Source: a virus (Duplodnaviria > Caudoviricetes). Taken from it: a DNA stretch of 64,000 nt. The notes under the pieces were generated by a model that did not search any database, had not been told where the DNA came from, and saw nothing but the letters and a program-made list of their open reading frames with translations. The stretch is taken from IMG/VR virus record IMGVR_UViG_3300027996_003878. One strand, 5' to 3'. This document shows positions 1 through 10,351 of this stretch, in pieces. Position 1 is the stretch's first letter. Every line of letters begins with the position of its first letter. Made by a program: the position numbers and the translations under genes.

Positions 1-1875
1 CATAGGCGCACTGCACTTTGGGCAAAGCACATTATCAACAATATCTAATTTACTGTCCTTTAAAACTACATCACCATCAACAACATCACAACTCAACGTA
101 TTTTTACAATCTGGGTAGTTGTAACAAGCTAAATAAAATCCAAAAGAACCATGCTTAAGAAGCATTCTTTCATCACAAATGTCACAATTATATCCATAAT
201 CTTTTTCCTGAGACAAGTAAGCCTTCTTTAATTGCAATTTAAATGAATCATAGAAATTATTCAACATCTCTATGTAAGTCAACTTACCATTTGCAATTAA
301 ATCTAAACCCCTCTCTAGCTTTGCAGTGTATTTCACCTCCATAAAGTCAAAAAAAGGAACTAACGTTTCTATAACTTTAATACCAATCTCAGTAGGTAAA
401 AAAGAACCTTTATTCTTTTTTACATAATTTCTAATTGATAATTTATTTATCGTTTCCGCATATGTCGAAGATCTTCCTATTCCTTTATTCTCTAGCTCTT
501 TAATTAAATGACCTTCGCTAAATCTACTTGGCGGTTTCGTCTTTTTGCTTACTACATCTACACCGCCTTTATTTAATACAAACCTCTCCCCCTCACTCAA
601 AGAAGGTATTATCTTATTTTTTTTATTACGATCTGCAATAACACCCTCAGCGACATCAAGCCAACCTTTCACCCTTAGAATTCGACCATCTAATTTGAAC
701 TTATGCCCGCTTGATGACTGAATCTCAACCGAAGAAACATCATATTTAGCCGCAATCATCTGACTTGCAACAAACCTTCTCCAAATTAAATTATAGATTT
801 TTAACTCGTCTTGAGATAAAAATACTTTATCTGGCGTTCGCGTTACATCTGTGGGCCTAATAGCCTCATGGGCATCTTGAGCGTTATTTTTATTCTTATA
901 TGCATTTGACCTAGCTGGAGTTTCGTAACTATTAGCCTTTAGCCACTTTCTACAAGCAACCACTGATTCTTTTGAACTTCTAACAGAATCAGTGCGCATA
1001 TACGTTATTAGACCGCTTTCATATAAAACTTGCGCTATCTGCATCGTTTTCTTCGTTGTAAACTTATACAAAGAAGAGGCTGATGTCGCCAAGGCAGACG
1101 TAATAAGAGGCGGCAACGGCTGTCTGTCTTTGGAATAATTATCTATTTTTACAATTTTAAATTGATCATAATCTAAATCACTAGTTATTTTTAATAATTT
1201 TTTATTATCTTTTATTGTAGACTCATAATTAGCAACAATTATTTTATCTGGAGACGATTTACTCTTCAAACTAACATTAATAGTCCAAAAATCTTCAGAC
1301 TTAAAATTATTTATATCCTTCTCTCTATCAACAATAAGCCTCAAAGCAACTGACTGAACTCTCCCTGCCGACAGTTTAGAGCTTAAAACTGAACTTAAAT
1401 ATGGAGAGACCAAAAAACCAACAATCCTATCAAGAACACGTCTTGCTTGTTGCGAGTCATACAAGTTTGAATTTAAACTAGTCGCGTTCTTTACTGCTTT
1501 TTTTACCTCTCTGGAGGTTACTTCATGAAATAAGACTCTATGAATTGGCACGCCCGTAGAATCCAAGGCGTCAGCTAAGTGCCATGCTATCGCCTCGCCC
1601 TCTCTATCAGGGTCAGATGCTATATAAATGTTTTCAATACCATGAGCGCTCTCAATAATAACCCTTAATTTATCCTTCTTTCCCTCAATCAAACGATATT
1701 TAGGCGTAAAATTATTATCAATATTGATCCCAAGATTAAATTTACCAGACGTACTAAGGTCCATAATATGACCATAACTTGCACGCACCATATAGTCCTT
1801 ACCTAAATACTTAGAAATTGTTTTAGCCTTAGCGGGTGACTCTACAATAAGCAAATTTTTCGGATGATTACCCAT
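1..1875 (-). CDS. topA: DNA topoisomerase I (type IA), 3' end runs off the window
   Basis: Translated by hand from ATG at 1875: LLIVESPAKAKTI (Toprim), ASDPDREGEAIAWH, SAGRVQSVAL, LITYMRTDS, AQDAHEAIRPT, C-terminal Cys Zn-ribbons. Absent from the ORF track because it has no stop in the window. Confidence 0.96.
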   Translation of the reverse strand, partial: MGNHPKNLLIVESPAKAKTISKYLGKDYMVRASYGHIMDLSTSGKFNLGINIDNNFTPKYRLIEGKKDKLRVIIESAHGIENIYIASDPDREGEAIAWHLADALDSTGVPIHRVLFHEVTSREVKKAVKNATSLNSNLYDSQQARRVLDRIVGFLVSPYLSSVLSSKLSAGRVQSVALRLIVDREKDINNFKSEDFWTINVSLKSKSSPDKIIVANYESTIKDNKKLLKITSDLDYDQFKIVKIDNYSKDRQPLPPLITSALATSASSLYKFTTKKTMQIAQVLYESGLITYMRTDSVRSSKESVVACRKWLKANSYETPARSNAYKNKNNAQDAHEAIRPTDVTRTPDKVFLSQDELKIYNLIWRRFVASQMIAAKYDVSSVEIQSSSGHKFKLDGRILRVKGWLDVAEGVIADRNKKNKIIPSLSEGERFVLNKGGVDVVSKKTKPPSRFSEGHLIKELENKGIGRSSTYAETINKLSIRNYVKKNKGSFLPTEIGIKVIETLVPFFDFMEVKYTAKLERGLDLIANGKLTYIEMLNNFYDSFKLQLKKAYLSQEKDYGYNCDICDERMLLKHGSFGFYLACYNYPDCKNTLSCDVVDGDVVLKDSKLDIVDNVLCPKCSAPM

Positions 1876-1887
1876 AGATAACACCTA

Positions 1888-2433
1888 TTGCTTAGCCAGC
1901 TTAGCATCGACAAAGCTTTAAGGAGCCGCCCTGCGATGCCAATAAATATATATATAACCATGAACAATGAAGGCGTAATTCAAGCCCTAAGTTTATTGGA
2001 CTTCTTTAAAGAAGACATCCAAAATATACCAAATTGCAGCTCTGAAACGAAATCGTATATATTACAGGTACTAAAAGAACCAGAAAAATTTTATCAGGAA
2101 ATTTCCGGTAAGAGCATCACTTTGCTGTACGCCGATGCCAGCTTCAACTTCGACTTCAAATTATTTCAAATGATTGGTGACTTTTTGTTATTTTCAAAAG
2201 GAATACTGCCTAACTCGTTAAACGGTGCGTCTTTAAATTATTATAATAATATAGCAATTAGCTCTTATAGGTCTTGTCATTTATTGCTTCAAAAGCAATG
2301 GCCCTTATTCGCAGAGCTTGCAAGCAATTTTTTAATAATAACAAAATATATACAATCAATACTTGAAATTAAAATAAAAGAAAGCGAAGAAGATAAAGGT
2401 GAATTAATAAAAATAATTAATCCAAAAAAATAA
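1888..2433 (+). CDS. Conserved-type hypothetical protein (likely start 1936)
   Basis: AAGGAG RBS before ATG 1936. The IGDFLLFSKG..YY..IAISSY..LFAELASNF pattern resembles an uncharacterised bacterial family. Confidence 0.6.
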   Translation: MLSQLSIDKALRSRPAMPINIYITMNNEGVIQALSLLDFFKEDIQNIPNCSSETKSYILQVLKEPEKFYQEISGKSITLLYADASFNFDFKLFQMIGDFLLFSKGILPNSLNGASLNYYNNIAISSYRSCHLLLQKQWPLFAELASNFLIITKYIQSILEIKIKESEEDKGELIKIINPKK

Positions 2434-2435
2434 TT

Positions 2436-2804
2436 ATGTATATATTTAATTTTATAACTCTAACCGCCGCCAAGATAATAAGTGATTCTGACGTTTTTGC
2501 TATTGAAAGAATCTTTACTGACCTTATTGGCAAATATGGGTGGCTATTTATTGGGGCTTTCTTTACTTTGTTATTTAAAAACCTTGTATCTAATATTTTA
2601 GCTGGCATGATGTTCATGTTTGGAAGTGATTTTGATACAGATGATGTTGTATTTATCGATGGTGAGAAAAAAGCAAGGATAGTAAGACAAACTCCCACAA
2701 AAACCGTATTTCATATTATCGAAAGCGACAGAAAGCTAATAGTTCCAAATATTGATCTATATAAACTAAAAATAGAAAAGATTCTTCCAGAAGCAAAAGA
2801 TTAA
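2436..2804 (+). CDS. Small membrane protein, MscS-like TM plus beta domain
   Basis: TM segments, then LVSNILAGMMFMFGSDFDTDDVVFIDG, similar to the MscS TM3/beta region. Confidence 0.5.
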   Translation: MYIFNFITLTAAKIISDSDVFAIERIFTDLIGKYGWLFIGAFFTLLFKNLVSNILAGMMFMFGSDFDTDDVVFIDGEKKARIVRQTPTKTVFHIIESDRKLIVPNIDLYKLKIEKILPEAKD

Positions 2805-2808
2805 TAAG

Positions 2809-3710
2809 GTGATGAGTAAGTTTAATAAAGTTGTGGGGAACACGCCGTTAATAATGATTAATGAACGTGTATACGGAAAGCTTGAAACATACAACCCAAC
2901 AGGTTCCGTAAAAGATAGAGTGATAAGCTATATTGTTGATGAAGCAGTCTCTAATAATATAATAAATAATAAAACAATTCTCTGTGAGGCAACAAGCGGT
3001 AATCAGGAATTGCCCTTAGCGCTATAGCTGCATCATTAGGTTTAAAATGTAAAATATTTATGCCATCCAATATGTCAGATGAGCGTAAAAAAATGATGAA
3101 GGTCTTCGGATCAGAGATAATCGAATCACCTCCAAACGATTTTGAGCATGCAATTAATTCTCGCGACCAATTCATATCCAAGACAGAAAACGCCTGGTCT
3201 CCGATGCAATTTAGCAACCCTAAGAACATCGAGTGTCACCGAAAAACAACGGCACCAGAAATTTGCAAGAACGCTTGCGGAATTTCAAAAAATCTTAGCG
3301 CATTTATACACGGCTCAGGTACCGGCGGAACAATAGAGGGAGTAAGGCAATTTTTTCAAAACAAAGACCCAGTTAGATGTTGGGGTAAATGTCAGTATAA
3401 ATCAAGCGAGCAAAGCCCTAAAATAATAATGGTAGTGCCAGACGAAGAGATACATGGAATACAAGGTATCGCTGATGGGAAAGATTTTCTAGCCAAATCA
3501 TCAGACATGGATGAGGTGATTAGAATTACAACACAAGATGCGATTGACAGGGCAAAACTTTTTGCAAAAGAGACAGGTATACTCGTCGGGATAAGCTCAG
3601 GAGCAAACATTTTAGCATCCGAAAGATGGGTTAAAGAAAACGACCCAGACGGAATAGTAATCACTATTCTATGTGATCGAGGCGAAAGGTATATGTCTAT
3701 TTATAATTAA
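2809..3710 (+). pseudogene. cysK: Cysteine synthase (PLP) split by a single-base deletion near 3003
   Basis: VGNTPL, KLETYNPTGSVKDR, EATSGN in ORF 2809-3027. Adding one base restores TGIALSAIAASLGLKCKIFMPSNMS in frame with 3060-3710 (GSGTGGT, VGISSGAN, LCDRGERYMS). Confidence 0.9.
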
Positions 3711-3717
3711 TTTATAA

Positions 3718-3921
3718 TTATTTTTTTTTCAATTCATCATAACCACCATACAATTGAGTTAATTCTTGCAACTCATCCAATTTAGATTTTTTTCTATACG
3801 GGCAATGCCGACAATCATTGTCACAACAATAACCTCTCTTCAGCAAGAACGATGCAGTCAGAACGACAAAGCCATCTTCAATATAAAAATCTTTGCCTTC
3901 AATTAATTTTTTATTACTCAT
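3718..3921 (-). CDS. DUF5522-like small Cys-rich protein
   Basis: DFYIEDGFVVLT..LLKRGYCCDNDCRHCPY motif. Confidence 0.7.
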   Translation of the reverse strand: MSNKKLIEGKDFYIEDGFVVLTASFLLKRGYCCDNDCRHCPYRKKSKLDELQELTQLYGGYDELKKK

Positions 3922-3928
3922 AAATATT

Positions 3929-4786
3929 TTAATTTTTAAATTTAAAAGAAGACTCGTGTAATGTTTGGCGAATTAATCTCTTCTTTCTTTTTTTTGCTAA
4001 AAAGGCATCCATAGAGCGTAATTCAACAACTAATAGTCGGCTAGGCGAGCCACAATCTAGCATCATGAATTCTTCTCTTATTAAAGGCTTATAACTTGAA
4101 CTGCCTAATTTTACCAACTCCTTATAATTGGCGCCGGCAACAATTGTTTTACCACTTAATGCACTTACTTTCTCGCCCATACCAATGCTTCTAATTACAC
4201 TAGTGCAAAGCTTCCTATCAAAAAACAAGCTCTGGAAAGAGCTGCCTTCCAGATCTTTATCTAAATCTAAGCCAGCATGTACAAAAATATAATCCTCTAA
4301 ATGGTAGTAATTAATTGTATGATTTATTAAAAAATTAACATGAACTTCGGGTATTAAATTTAATATCCTGTCAGTCGTCAAACAATGAGGGTTTACATCT
4401 GATACGTTAAATCTTTTAAGATACCCAGAGATAGTCTCGTAGCCGCCACTACGAAGCCAAACGCTGATTGCATCCTCGCTGCACTCAAACGAAAATGGCT
4501 TGTCAATGACACCTAGCTTCCTTAAAATACACGCCTCTGTCGCGCCTCTTAAAAAGACAACCCTATCACCAAATTTCTCTTTTATGTCAATTAAATAATC
4601 AAAAACATAAGCAGATTGCTCTGTTTTGCCTGTATAATTGCCTAAAAATACTAAAGTATCATTGCCGCCATCGCTCTTACGTAGCGGTAAGATTCGAGCA
4701 CAAATATTTTTTAATAAATCTAAAGAGCCGCGTATATCAGGAATTACATATATGCAATTCAGAAAGGACGGACGCCACTTACTCAT
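3929..4786 (-). CDS. Calcineurin-like (Ser/Thr phosphatase family) protein with degenerate metal-binding motifs
   Basis: YVIPDIRG / FLGNYTGK / FLRGATE / FVHAG align to DxH / GDxxDRG / GNHE / HAG. Confidence 0.8.
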   Translation of the reverse strand: MSKWRPSFLNCIYVIPDIRGSLDLLKNICARILPLRKSDGGNDTLVFLGNYTGKTEQSAYVFDYLIDIKEKFGDRVVFLRGATEACILRKLGVIDKPFSFECSEDAISVWLRSGGYETISGYLKRFNVSDVNPHCLTTDRILNLIPEVHVNFLINHTINYYHLEDYIFVHAGLDLDKDLEGSSFQSLFFDRKLCTSVIRSIGMGEKVSALSGKTIVAGANYKELVKLGSSSYKPLIREEFMMLDCGSPSRLLVVELRSMDAFLAKKRKKRLIRQTLHESSFKFKN

Positions 4787-4794
4787 TAAATTGC

Positions 4795-5259
4795 TTAAAA
4801 TGAATCAAATGCTTTGACAACACCTTCAACGACAGAAGGATCTGACGAAACACAAGTATAATCAAGGGTATCACTTACAACATCACTTTTAGATCTCTTA
4901 ACGTACAATGCCCCTGACTCAAAAACATAAAATGATTCACTGACACTTCGTGAAGTTTCGCTCTTATAAATCAGCCTGCCGTCCATAGACCTCACAAGCT
5001 TAAGAACATCAGCATCTTTTGAAGAAGTTGAAATATACCGACTAACATCATGCAAACACGAATTCGTAGATAACGATTGAAAAAATAAAGACAATCGAGT
5101 GAAATTTATCAGATTACTAGGACTGAATTCTTTAGTATCTGGATAAGAGTAAAATTGCCACCACTTTGGCTTTGCCGGCTGTCCAGCGGCAGTGCCGCCT
5201 AAACCTTTTAGCATTTCCATTAACTCATTCATATCAGGCATTTTAGTTTGATTCATCAA
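4795..5259 (-). CDS. Hypothetical protein
   Basis: 154-aa ORF in a co-oriented gene string. Confidence 0.65.
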   Translation of the reverse strand: MMNQTKMPDMNELMEMLKGLGGTAAGQPAKPKWWQFYSYPDTKEFSPSNLINFTRLSLFFQSLSTNSCLHDVSRYISTSSKDADVLKLVRSMDGRLIYKSETSRSVSESFYVFESGALYVKRSKSDVVSDTLDYTCVSSDPSVVEGVVKAFDSF

Positions 5260-5319
5260 TAATTCCTCTCCATATAAGTTCCACTAAAAAGCTTGTGTTA
5301 TCGAAGAATAAAGTTAAAA

Positions 5320-6819
5320 TTAACATCTCTTTTTTCTAACTTCTCTTTTTTTATTGTTTAATCTAAAATAAACGCTATCAACTATTTGCCTCCTGATTCG
5401 TTGCAAGAATACAAGACTATCTATCTCATAATGTGATGGAATTCTAAAATGAGTTACATGAACCGGAGTTCCCGGCAACACAGTGTCATTCATAGATATC
5501 TTAGAAAAACTATACTCTTTTACAGCGCCCATTAAAGATTCCTCAGCGTCTAGGCTCTTTACATCTATAAGCCTACCAATAAAACAAGGCCCATAATCCT
5601 TAAACTTTCTACCACCAATATATTTTTCTTCGGTTTTGTTTGGAATTGTTCTTTTTTCAGTGACATGAGCCTTAAACTCACTGATGCCTAAAAACAATGC
5701 TAAATTAGGATCTGTTAAAGAGACAATATCAATTGTTTCGCCATTTTTTACAATAGAGAATGGCAAGTAATTTTCAACTAATTTTGAATATTCTTGAAAA
5801 ATTCTTGCATGGATAGGAAAATCTGCCGTTTGATGTTTTAAATGAACAAGATAAGAAATCATTTCTTCTGGAAAGTTTGCAAGCATTATCTTAAATGCTT
5901 CGTACATCAACTTCTTCTTCACAAAGGTAGACTTGTTCTGATTTCTTGATATTAATCTAATTTGATTTTCGATGACATCTTTAAGGACATCATGCTCACG
6001 TATGAATCTTTGCTTATGCTCCAACTGATCGTCAGCAAAAACGATTTTATAATCTGTTAAAGTATCCTCAAGCGTAAAATCGCCTCCGTCACCTTGGTTT
6101 AAACTGAAATTAAGGCTTAAAATATTTCTTGAAAATTGCTTAGTGGGGTGACTTTTTTTATCTAAATTATAACTTGCCCCGCAGTAAGAGCAATTAATGT
6201 AAGGGCAAGAGACACCAAACTCTGTCGCAGATGATTCAGGAATAAACCGGACGCATTCTGGACAGCGATAGCCTTTCTTGGAATGCTTAACAAAGGCCCT
6301 ATGAAGCATGAGTCTAGACTCCAGAGAGGCCTTTTCTTCAACAGATGTAACTCTATCAATTTTATTCGAAATGATATTTATTTCTTTCGCACACTCCTTA
6401 CACCGAAAATACTTTCCATCTTTATCAAGCCTCTCAATTTTTCCATAACACCTACAAGCGGGACATATAGGGGCAGTGACTTTTTCTTGCGTATTATTTT
6501 CTTTGTAAATTTTTATTGGAAGAATATTAATACATTTTAATAAGTATAAATTTAAATCTCTTCCGTCCCTCCAATGCTGTAATTTACAAAAGAAAACATA
6601 AAGAGCATTTCTAAGCTCTTGCTTTGCTCTTGCTCGAAACGAGCGTAACAAACTTTCCGGTACCTCGTCCGACAATTTTAAATTGTAAGCTTTGTATATC
6701 AAACGATCTATTTTCGACTTATACAATTCAAAAATATCATTTAATATCCAATTATCTATGTCGTTTTCAGTAATTTTATCGATAATTTGATTAAGCTTGA
6801 AAAAAATATTGTCAACCAT
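5320..6819 (-). CDS. Divergent sigma-factor-like protein with inserted Zn ribbons (likely start 6819, not 6918)
   Basis: Region-2-like AKQELRNALYVFF..RDLNLYLLKCI; CPAC, CKEC, CPEC and CPYINCSYC clusters; region-3.2-like LSLNFSLNQGDGGDFTLEDTLTD. The upstream in-frame ATG is separated by a terminator hairpin. Confidence 0.55.
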   Translation of the reverse strand: MVDNIFFKLNQIIDKITENDIDNWILNDIFELYKSKIDRLIYKAYNLKLSDEVPESLLRSFRARAKQELRNALYVFFCKLQHWRDGRDLNLYLLKCINILPIKIYKENNTQEKVTAPICPACRCYGKIERLDKDGKYFRCKECAKEINIISNKIDRVTSVEEKASLESRLMLHRAFVKHSKKGYRCPECVRFIPESSATEFGVSCPYINCSYCGASYNLDKKSHPTKQFSRNILSLNFSLNQGDGGDFTLEDTLTDYKIVFADDQLEHKQRFIREHDVLKDVIENQIRLISRNQNKSTFVKKKLMYEAFKIMLANFPEEMISYLVHLKHQTADFPIHARIFQEYSKLVENYLPFSIVKNGETIDIVSLTDPNLALFLGISEFKAHVTEKRTIPNKTEEKYIGGRKFKDYGPCFIGRLIDVKSLDAEESLMGAVKEYSFSKISMNDTVLPGTPVHVTHFRIPSHYEIDSLVFLQRIRRQIVDSVYFRLNNKKREVRKKRC

Positions 6820-6883
6820 GCTTTTGTCTGTGATTAAAGGCAGATTAATTAACCGAACGACGCTTTTTAGGCTAATTAGAAGC

Positions 6884-6915
6884 AAAAAAAAGCCGAGATA
6901 TGACCTATCTCGGCT
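6884..6915 (-). terminator. Intrinsic terminator downstream of ftsK
   Basis: Perfect 10-bp stem AGCCGAGATA/TATCTCGGCT, 5-nt loop, followed by a T8 tract on the minus strand. Confidence 0.85.
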
Positions 6916-6981
6916 CATTGTCGTAACTCGACTAAAGCATAATGCACGTATAACAAATACACAAATTCATTATTTTTTCAT

Positions 6982-7992
6982 CTAAGGCGCTATGTAAGCT
7001 GATTGAAACCGTACCTCTCCAAGCGAGGGGCTAATTAAAATGGCATCACCCTTACCCGCCAACAATTCGGCCCCTGGCCGGTCGATGATAACCTGAGAGT
7101 CCACTCTAGAGCTTGTACGGCACGCAATTCGTGCAGGAAAGTTCGCCTTAATTAGGCCCGTCAAGATGTCAACTGAAGGCCTCTGCGTCGCCACAATAAT
7201 ATGAATTCCGCATGCTCTTGATTTCTGAGCAATTTTAACAAGAAGTCTTTCAAATAAATTATTCTTATCATCCGTAATTAAATCAGCCACTTCGTCAATT
7301 ACAATTAATATTTTTGAAAACAAGTTAGGCTTTTTCTTCAAGTCATTGACTCCACGCCTACTCATGATCGCATATCTTTTTTCCATTATTTTTTGGATTT
7401 TTTCAAGCATTTTTATTGTCGCATTAAGATCATTGCAAATTACTTTCGCCTTGCGTTTATAAGAAGAAAATTCTACACGCTTAGGATCTACCAAATACAA
7501 ATCAATATTCTGAAAATTCAATGCATTATAAATTAGGTTATGCAAAAGAACGCTTTTGCCAGAACCCGTTGTACCTGCAATTAGCAAATGGGGGTTATCA
7601 CTCATATCCAAATGCAATGGCATACCGTGATCTGTCTCTCCAATAACAAGCGGGAAAAAACCTCTTAAATTATTACGCTCACGCTTGTACAGTTCTTTGA
7701 GACATAGGGCCTTAGAGTCCCCACGAGTTCCCTGAAGCCGAACAACCCCTTCTTCAGGGATTAGTTTACATGTCAGATTAGATTTTGTTTTTAAATACAA
7801 AGAGATTTCATCTATATATTTTTTAATCTCAGCTACACGATGGCCAGTTTTAATCATCGCATCATAGCTAACAAAATGACGATGCTCTCGTGCATTAACA
7901 CAAACAGCGCCGATCTTAAAAGACTGAAACGCTTTATTTAACTCCAACCTCATTGCAGAACTCATGACAGCATCGCAACCTTTCCAGACCAT
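6982..7992 (-). CDS. ftsK: FtsK/SpoIIIE motor-domain ATPase (no membrane or gamma domain)
   Basis: PHLLIAGTTGSGKS, LVDPKRVEF, IVIDEVADL, RACGIHIIVATQRPS, ANFPARIA, GAELLAGKGD. Confidence 0.9.
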   Translation of the reverse strand: MVWKGCDAVMSSAMRLELNKAFQSFKIGAVCVNAREHRHFVSYDAMIKTGHRVAEIKKYIDEISLYLKTKSNLTCKLIPEEGVVRLQGTRGDSKALCLKELYKRERNNLRGFFPLVIGETDHGMPLHLDMSDNPHLLIAGTTGSGKSVLLHNLIYNALNFQNIDLYLVDPKRVEFSSYKRKAKVICNDLNATIKMLEKIQKIMEKRYAIMSRRGVNDLKKKPNLFSKILIVIDEVADLITDDKNNLFERLLVKIAQKSRACGIHIIVATQRPSVDILTGLIKANFPARIACRTSSRVDSQVIIDRPGAELLAGKGDAILISPSLGEVRFQSAYIAP

Positions 7993-8153
7993 CTACCCTG
8001 ATGCATACTCCACTCAAGTATCCGCCTGAACATAAAAACATGATCAGAATTATAATAATTAATCCTTAACGGCTCTTGATCAATAAATTCTTTGATTTTT
8101 TTATTGCTAAATATACTTTTATAAGTTGACTTACGCATCTTAATTAAATTCAA
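7962..8153 (-). CDS. Hypothetical protein
   Basis: 63-aa ORF overlapping both neighbours (coupled string). Confidence 0.45.
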   Translation of the reverse strand: MNLIKMRKSTYKSIFSNKKIKEFIDQEPLRINYYNSDHVFMFRRILEWSMHQGRWSGKVAMLS

Positions 8154-8416
8154 TTTTTTTTTACCAAGTCTTTGTTGAAAAAATGAGCGCTAATATCTTT
8201 GTAAAGAAAATGCACATCCATGGACAATTCTTTACATACTCGCCTATGATCTTTTTTAAAAAGATCTTTTCCCTCATTGAACAAAAACTGATTACTTTTA
8301 CCAGTAACTCTGTCGTTTGCCCGTAATTTAGCCCTAACGACTCTTTTCAACTCATCGCATCTTTCGCCATTTCCAGATGCAACTAAAACACTAAATAATT
8401 TTGGTATTGTCACCAC
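8150..8416 (-). CDS. Hypothetical protein
   Basis: 88-aa ORF with a GGAG RBS upstream. Confidence 0.6.
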   Translation of the reverse strand: MVTIPKLFSVLVASGNGERCDELKRVVRAKLRANDRVTGKSNQFLFNEGKDLFKKDHRRVCKELSMDVHFLYKDISAHFFNKDLVKKN

Positions 8417-8483
8417 AACTTTGAACTCCTCATGATTATAAATTTAACCACTGAAGCTCACAGTGCAAGTTTTTTAATAATTA

Positions 8484-8903
8484 CTAGTGCTGTTTTTTTA
8501 TTTTTTGAGCAATTTTTAATAATTTATCACTTCTTGAGATACTAGAATCTTTTAACAATTCAACCTTATCTCCTAATTTAATTTTAAATTTGATTGCATG
8601 GCCAAAAGGTAACTCGATAACCATGTCAGAAGGCTCATTCGGGCCAACAGACTCTGTACTGAAGGGCACTCCCTTACAGATATCTATAATCTTACCTTTT
8701 TTACAGAAAATGATATCTAAAGGCGACGGCGTATCCTTCATCCAAAACTTCCTAACCATTGGAGTTCTGTAGGGAAAGACCATGCAATTTGGCGGCCACT
8801 CAACGCCCATCAATCCCTTTTGATACTCAAGTGAGCAAGTGGGAATAATTACATCAAAAATATGTTCATTTATTTTTATAATACCAGACTTCATTACTAC
8901 CAA
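8484..8903 (-). CDS. DUF192 family protein
   Basis: QKGLMG..MVFPY....FWMKDTPSPLDIIF...VIELPFG motifs. Confidence 0.85.
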   Translation of the reverse strand: MVVMKSGIIKINEHIFDVIIPTCSLEYQKGLMGVEWPPNCMVFPYRTPMVRKFWMKDTPSPLDIIFCKKGKIIDICKGVPFSTESVGPNEPSDMVIELPFGHAIKFKIKLGDKVELLKDSSISRSDKLLKIAQKIKKQH

Positions 8904-8945
8904 CCTTGCTAATTAATATTATATAGTTAATAACAAATTATTAAT

Positions 8946-9599
8946 TTATTTTATCTTTGATGCCTTGTCAGTAATTTTCTTTTTTTTTAATGGCTTATCA
9001 ATAAGTCTAGGTATGTCTTTTTTAGGTCTTATTATTTTATCAATTAAACCATAATTCAGCGCCTCTTCCGCTGTAAAATATTTATCCGTAACACAGTCTT
9101 TTCTTATTTTGTCCAAAGTCTTGCCGCAATGTCTGGCCAAAATATTCATAAGCACTTCGTTCAACTCCTTAACTCTATTTGATTCCAGTTCAATTTCTTT
9201 TTGACTGCCCTGAATTCCCCAAACTTGAACTGCATGAATCATTACCTTAGAGTGCTGGTAGGCAAATCGCTTACCCTTAGTGCCTGCCGATAAAATAACA
9301 GCAGCAGCAGAGTAGGCTTCTCCTATACAAATCGTCCTAACCGGAGATTCAATAAATTGAATTGTATCATATATAGTTAATAAACCATCATTAACAGTGC
9401 CGCCTGGACTATTAATATAAATTGAAATATCTTCTTTATTATTTTGCGAATCAAGCCAAAATAAAGTAGCAGTGAATGCAGTTGCGACTTCGGCGTCAAT
9501 TTCGTCATGCAAAAATAGTATTCTATCTTTTGCTAATCGAGAATAAATATCATATACAGCTTCACCGCCCTTGACTTTTTCATAAATCATCGGATGCAT
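8946..9599 (-). CDS. clpP: ATP-dependent Clp protease proteolytic subunit
   Basis: YDIYSRLAKDRILFL, YINSPGG, GEAYSAAA (Ser), VMIH (His), DKYFTAEEALNYGLID. Confidence 0.95.
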   Translation of the reverse strand: MHPMIYEKVKGGEAVYDIYSRLAKDRILFLHDEIDAEVATAFTATLFWLDSQNNKEDISIYINSPGGTVNDGLLTIYDTIQFIESPVRTICIGEAYSAAAVILSAGTKGKRFAYQHSKVMIHAVQVWGIQGSQKEIELESNRVKELNEVLMNILARHCGKTLDKIRKDCVTDKYFTAEEALNYGLIDKIIRPKKDIPRLIDKPLKKKKITDKASKIK

Positions 9600-9648
9600 A
9601 TTTGTAATAATTAAATGTTAAAGATCTTCACGACATAAAAAGAAAAAT

Positions 9649-9678
9649 AAAAAACCCGCCAAATTGGCGGGCTTTTTT
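9649..9678. terminator. Bidirectional intrinsic terminator
   Basis: A-tract, CCCGCC-aaatt-GGCGGG, T-tract. Confidence 0.85.
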
Positions 9679-9701
9679 ATGACTAATATTTTAAGCTTAA
9701 A

Positions 9702-10223
9702 TCAGTCAGCGGGTGAGATGTTTTCTAGTGCAGATATTTCGATAATCTTAGGAGCAGGCGTGCTTCTTTTTTTATCTGATCTTGGACTCACTTCATGCGT
9801 GAAAATAAAATAAGCCGCAATATCGCTATTCTCCAAATAATTAGCAACGCCACACCAACCGTTAAATACAGCTTCTTTGCGAACGCCATTAAAACGAAGA
9901 TCTGCAAGGTTCATTTTTACACTTGCGCGCTTTTTAACCTTGCTTGCAGAGCCACCCTTCTTATCAAAGAACGGACCATAAACAACTTGAGGCTCGACAT
10001 TCCATTTTTCCACAAAAATATCTACGACATTCTTTTTAGAAAAATTATCGTTTTCGTTGTCCTTTAGCTTGTCTTTATAATCTATAGAGCGATATCTTTC
10101 AGAAACCAGCTCGTTATTGATTAACGATGAACAAACCCAAATAACCGGGCGCGACCCCTTCGGCGCCCCTCTTTTTTTCTTTTGAATATTTTCAGATTCA
10201 GTTGAATTTTCAATTTGATTCAT
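9702..10223 (-). CDS. Hypothetical basic protein
   Basis: 173-aa ORF with its own sigma70-like promoter and terminator; KKRGAPKGSR AT-hook-like segment. Confidence 0.7.
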   Translation of the reverse strand: MNQIENSTESENIQKKKRGAPKGSRPVIWVCSSLINNELVSERYRSIDYKDKLKDNENDNFSKKNVVDIFVEKWNVEPQVVYGPFFDKKGGSASKVKKRASVKMNLADLRFNGVRKEAVFNGWCGVANYLENSDIAAYFIFTHEVSPRSDKKRSTPAPKIIEISALENISPAD

Positions 10224-10322
10224 TTAATTATTACCCTACCCCTGAACTTTTATTTAGTAACGTAATATTAATAATTTAAAAAAATTACTAAATAATTGTT
10301 CAGCGTTTCTTTGTACCTGAAG

Positions 10323-10351
10323 ATATTAAGCACCGCTCAAAAAGATGTCAA
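10323..10351 (-). promoter_or_regulatory. Sigma70-type promoter
   Basis: TTGACA-17 bp-TAATAT on the minus strand, upstream of 9702-10223. Confidence 0.75.

Noticed and set aside
6820-6918. N-terminal extension of ORF 5320-6918
   Set aside because: It crosses the ftsK terminator hairpin; the ATG at 6819 is more plausible.
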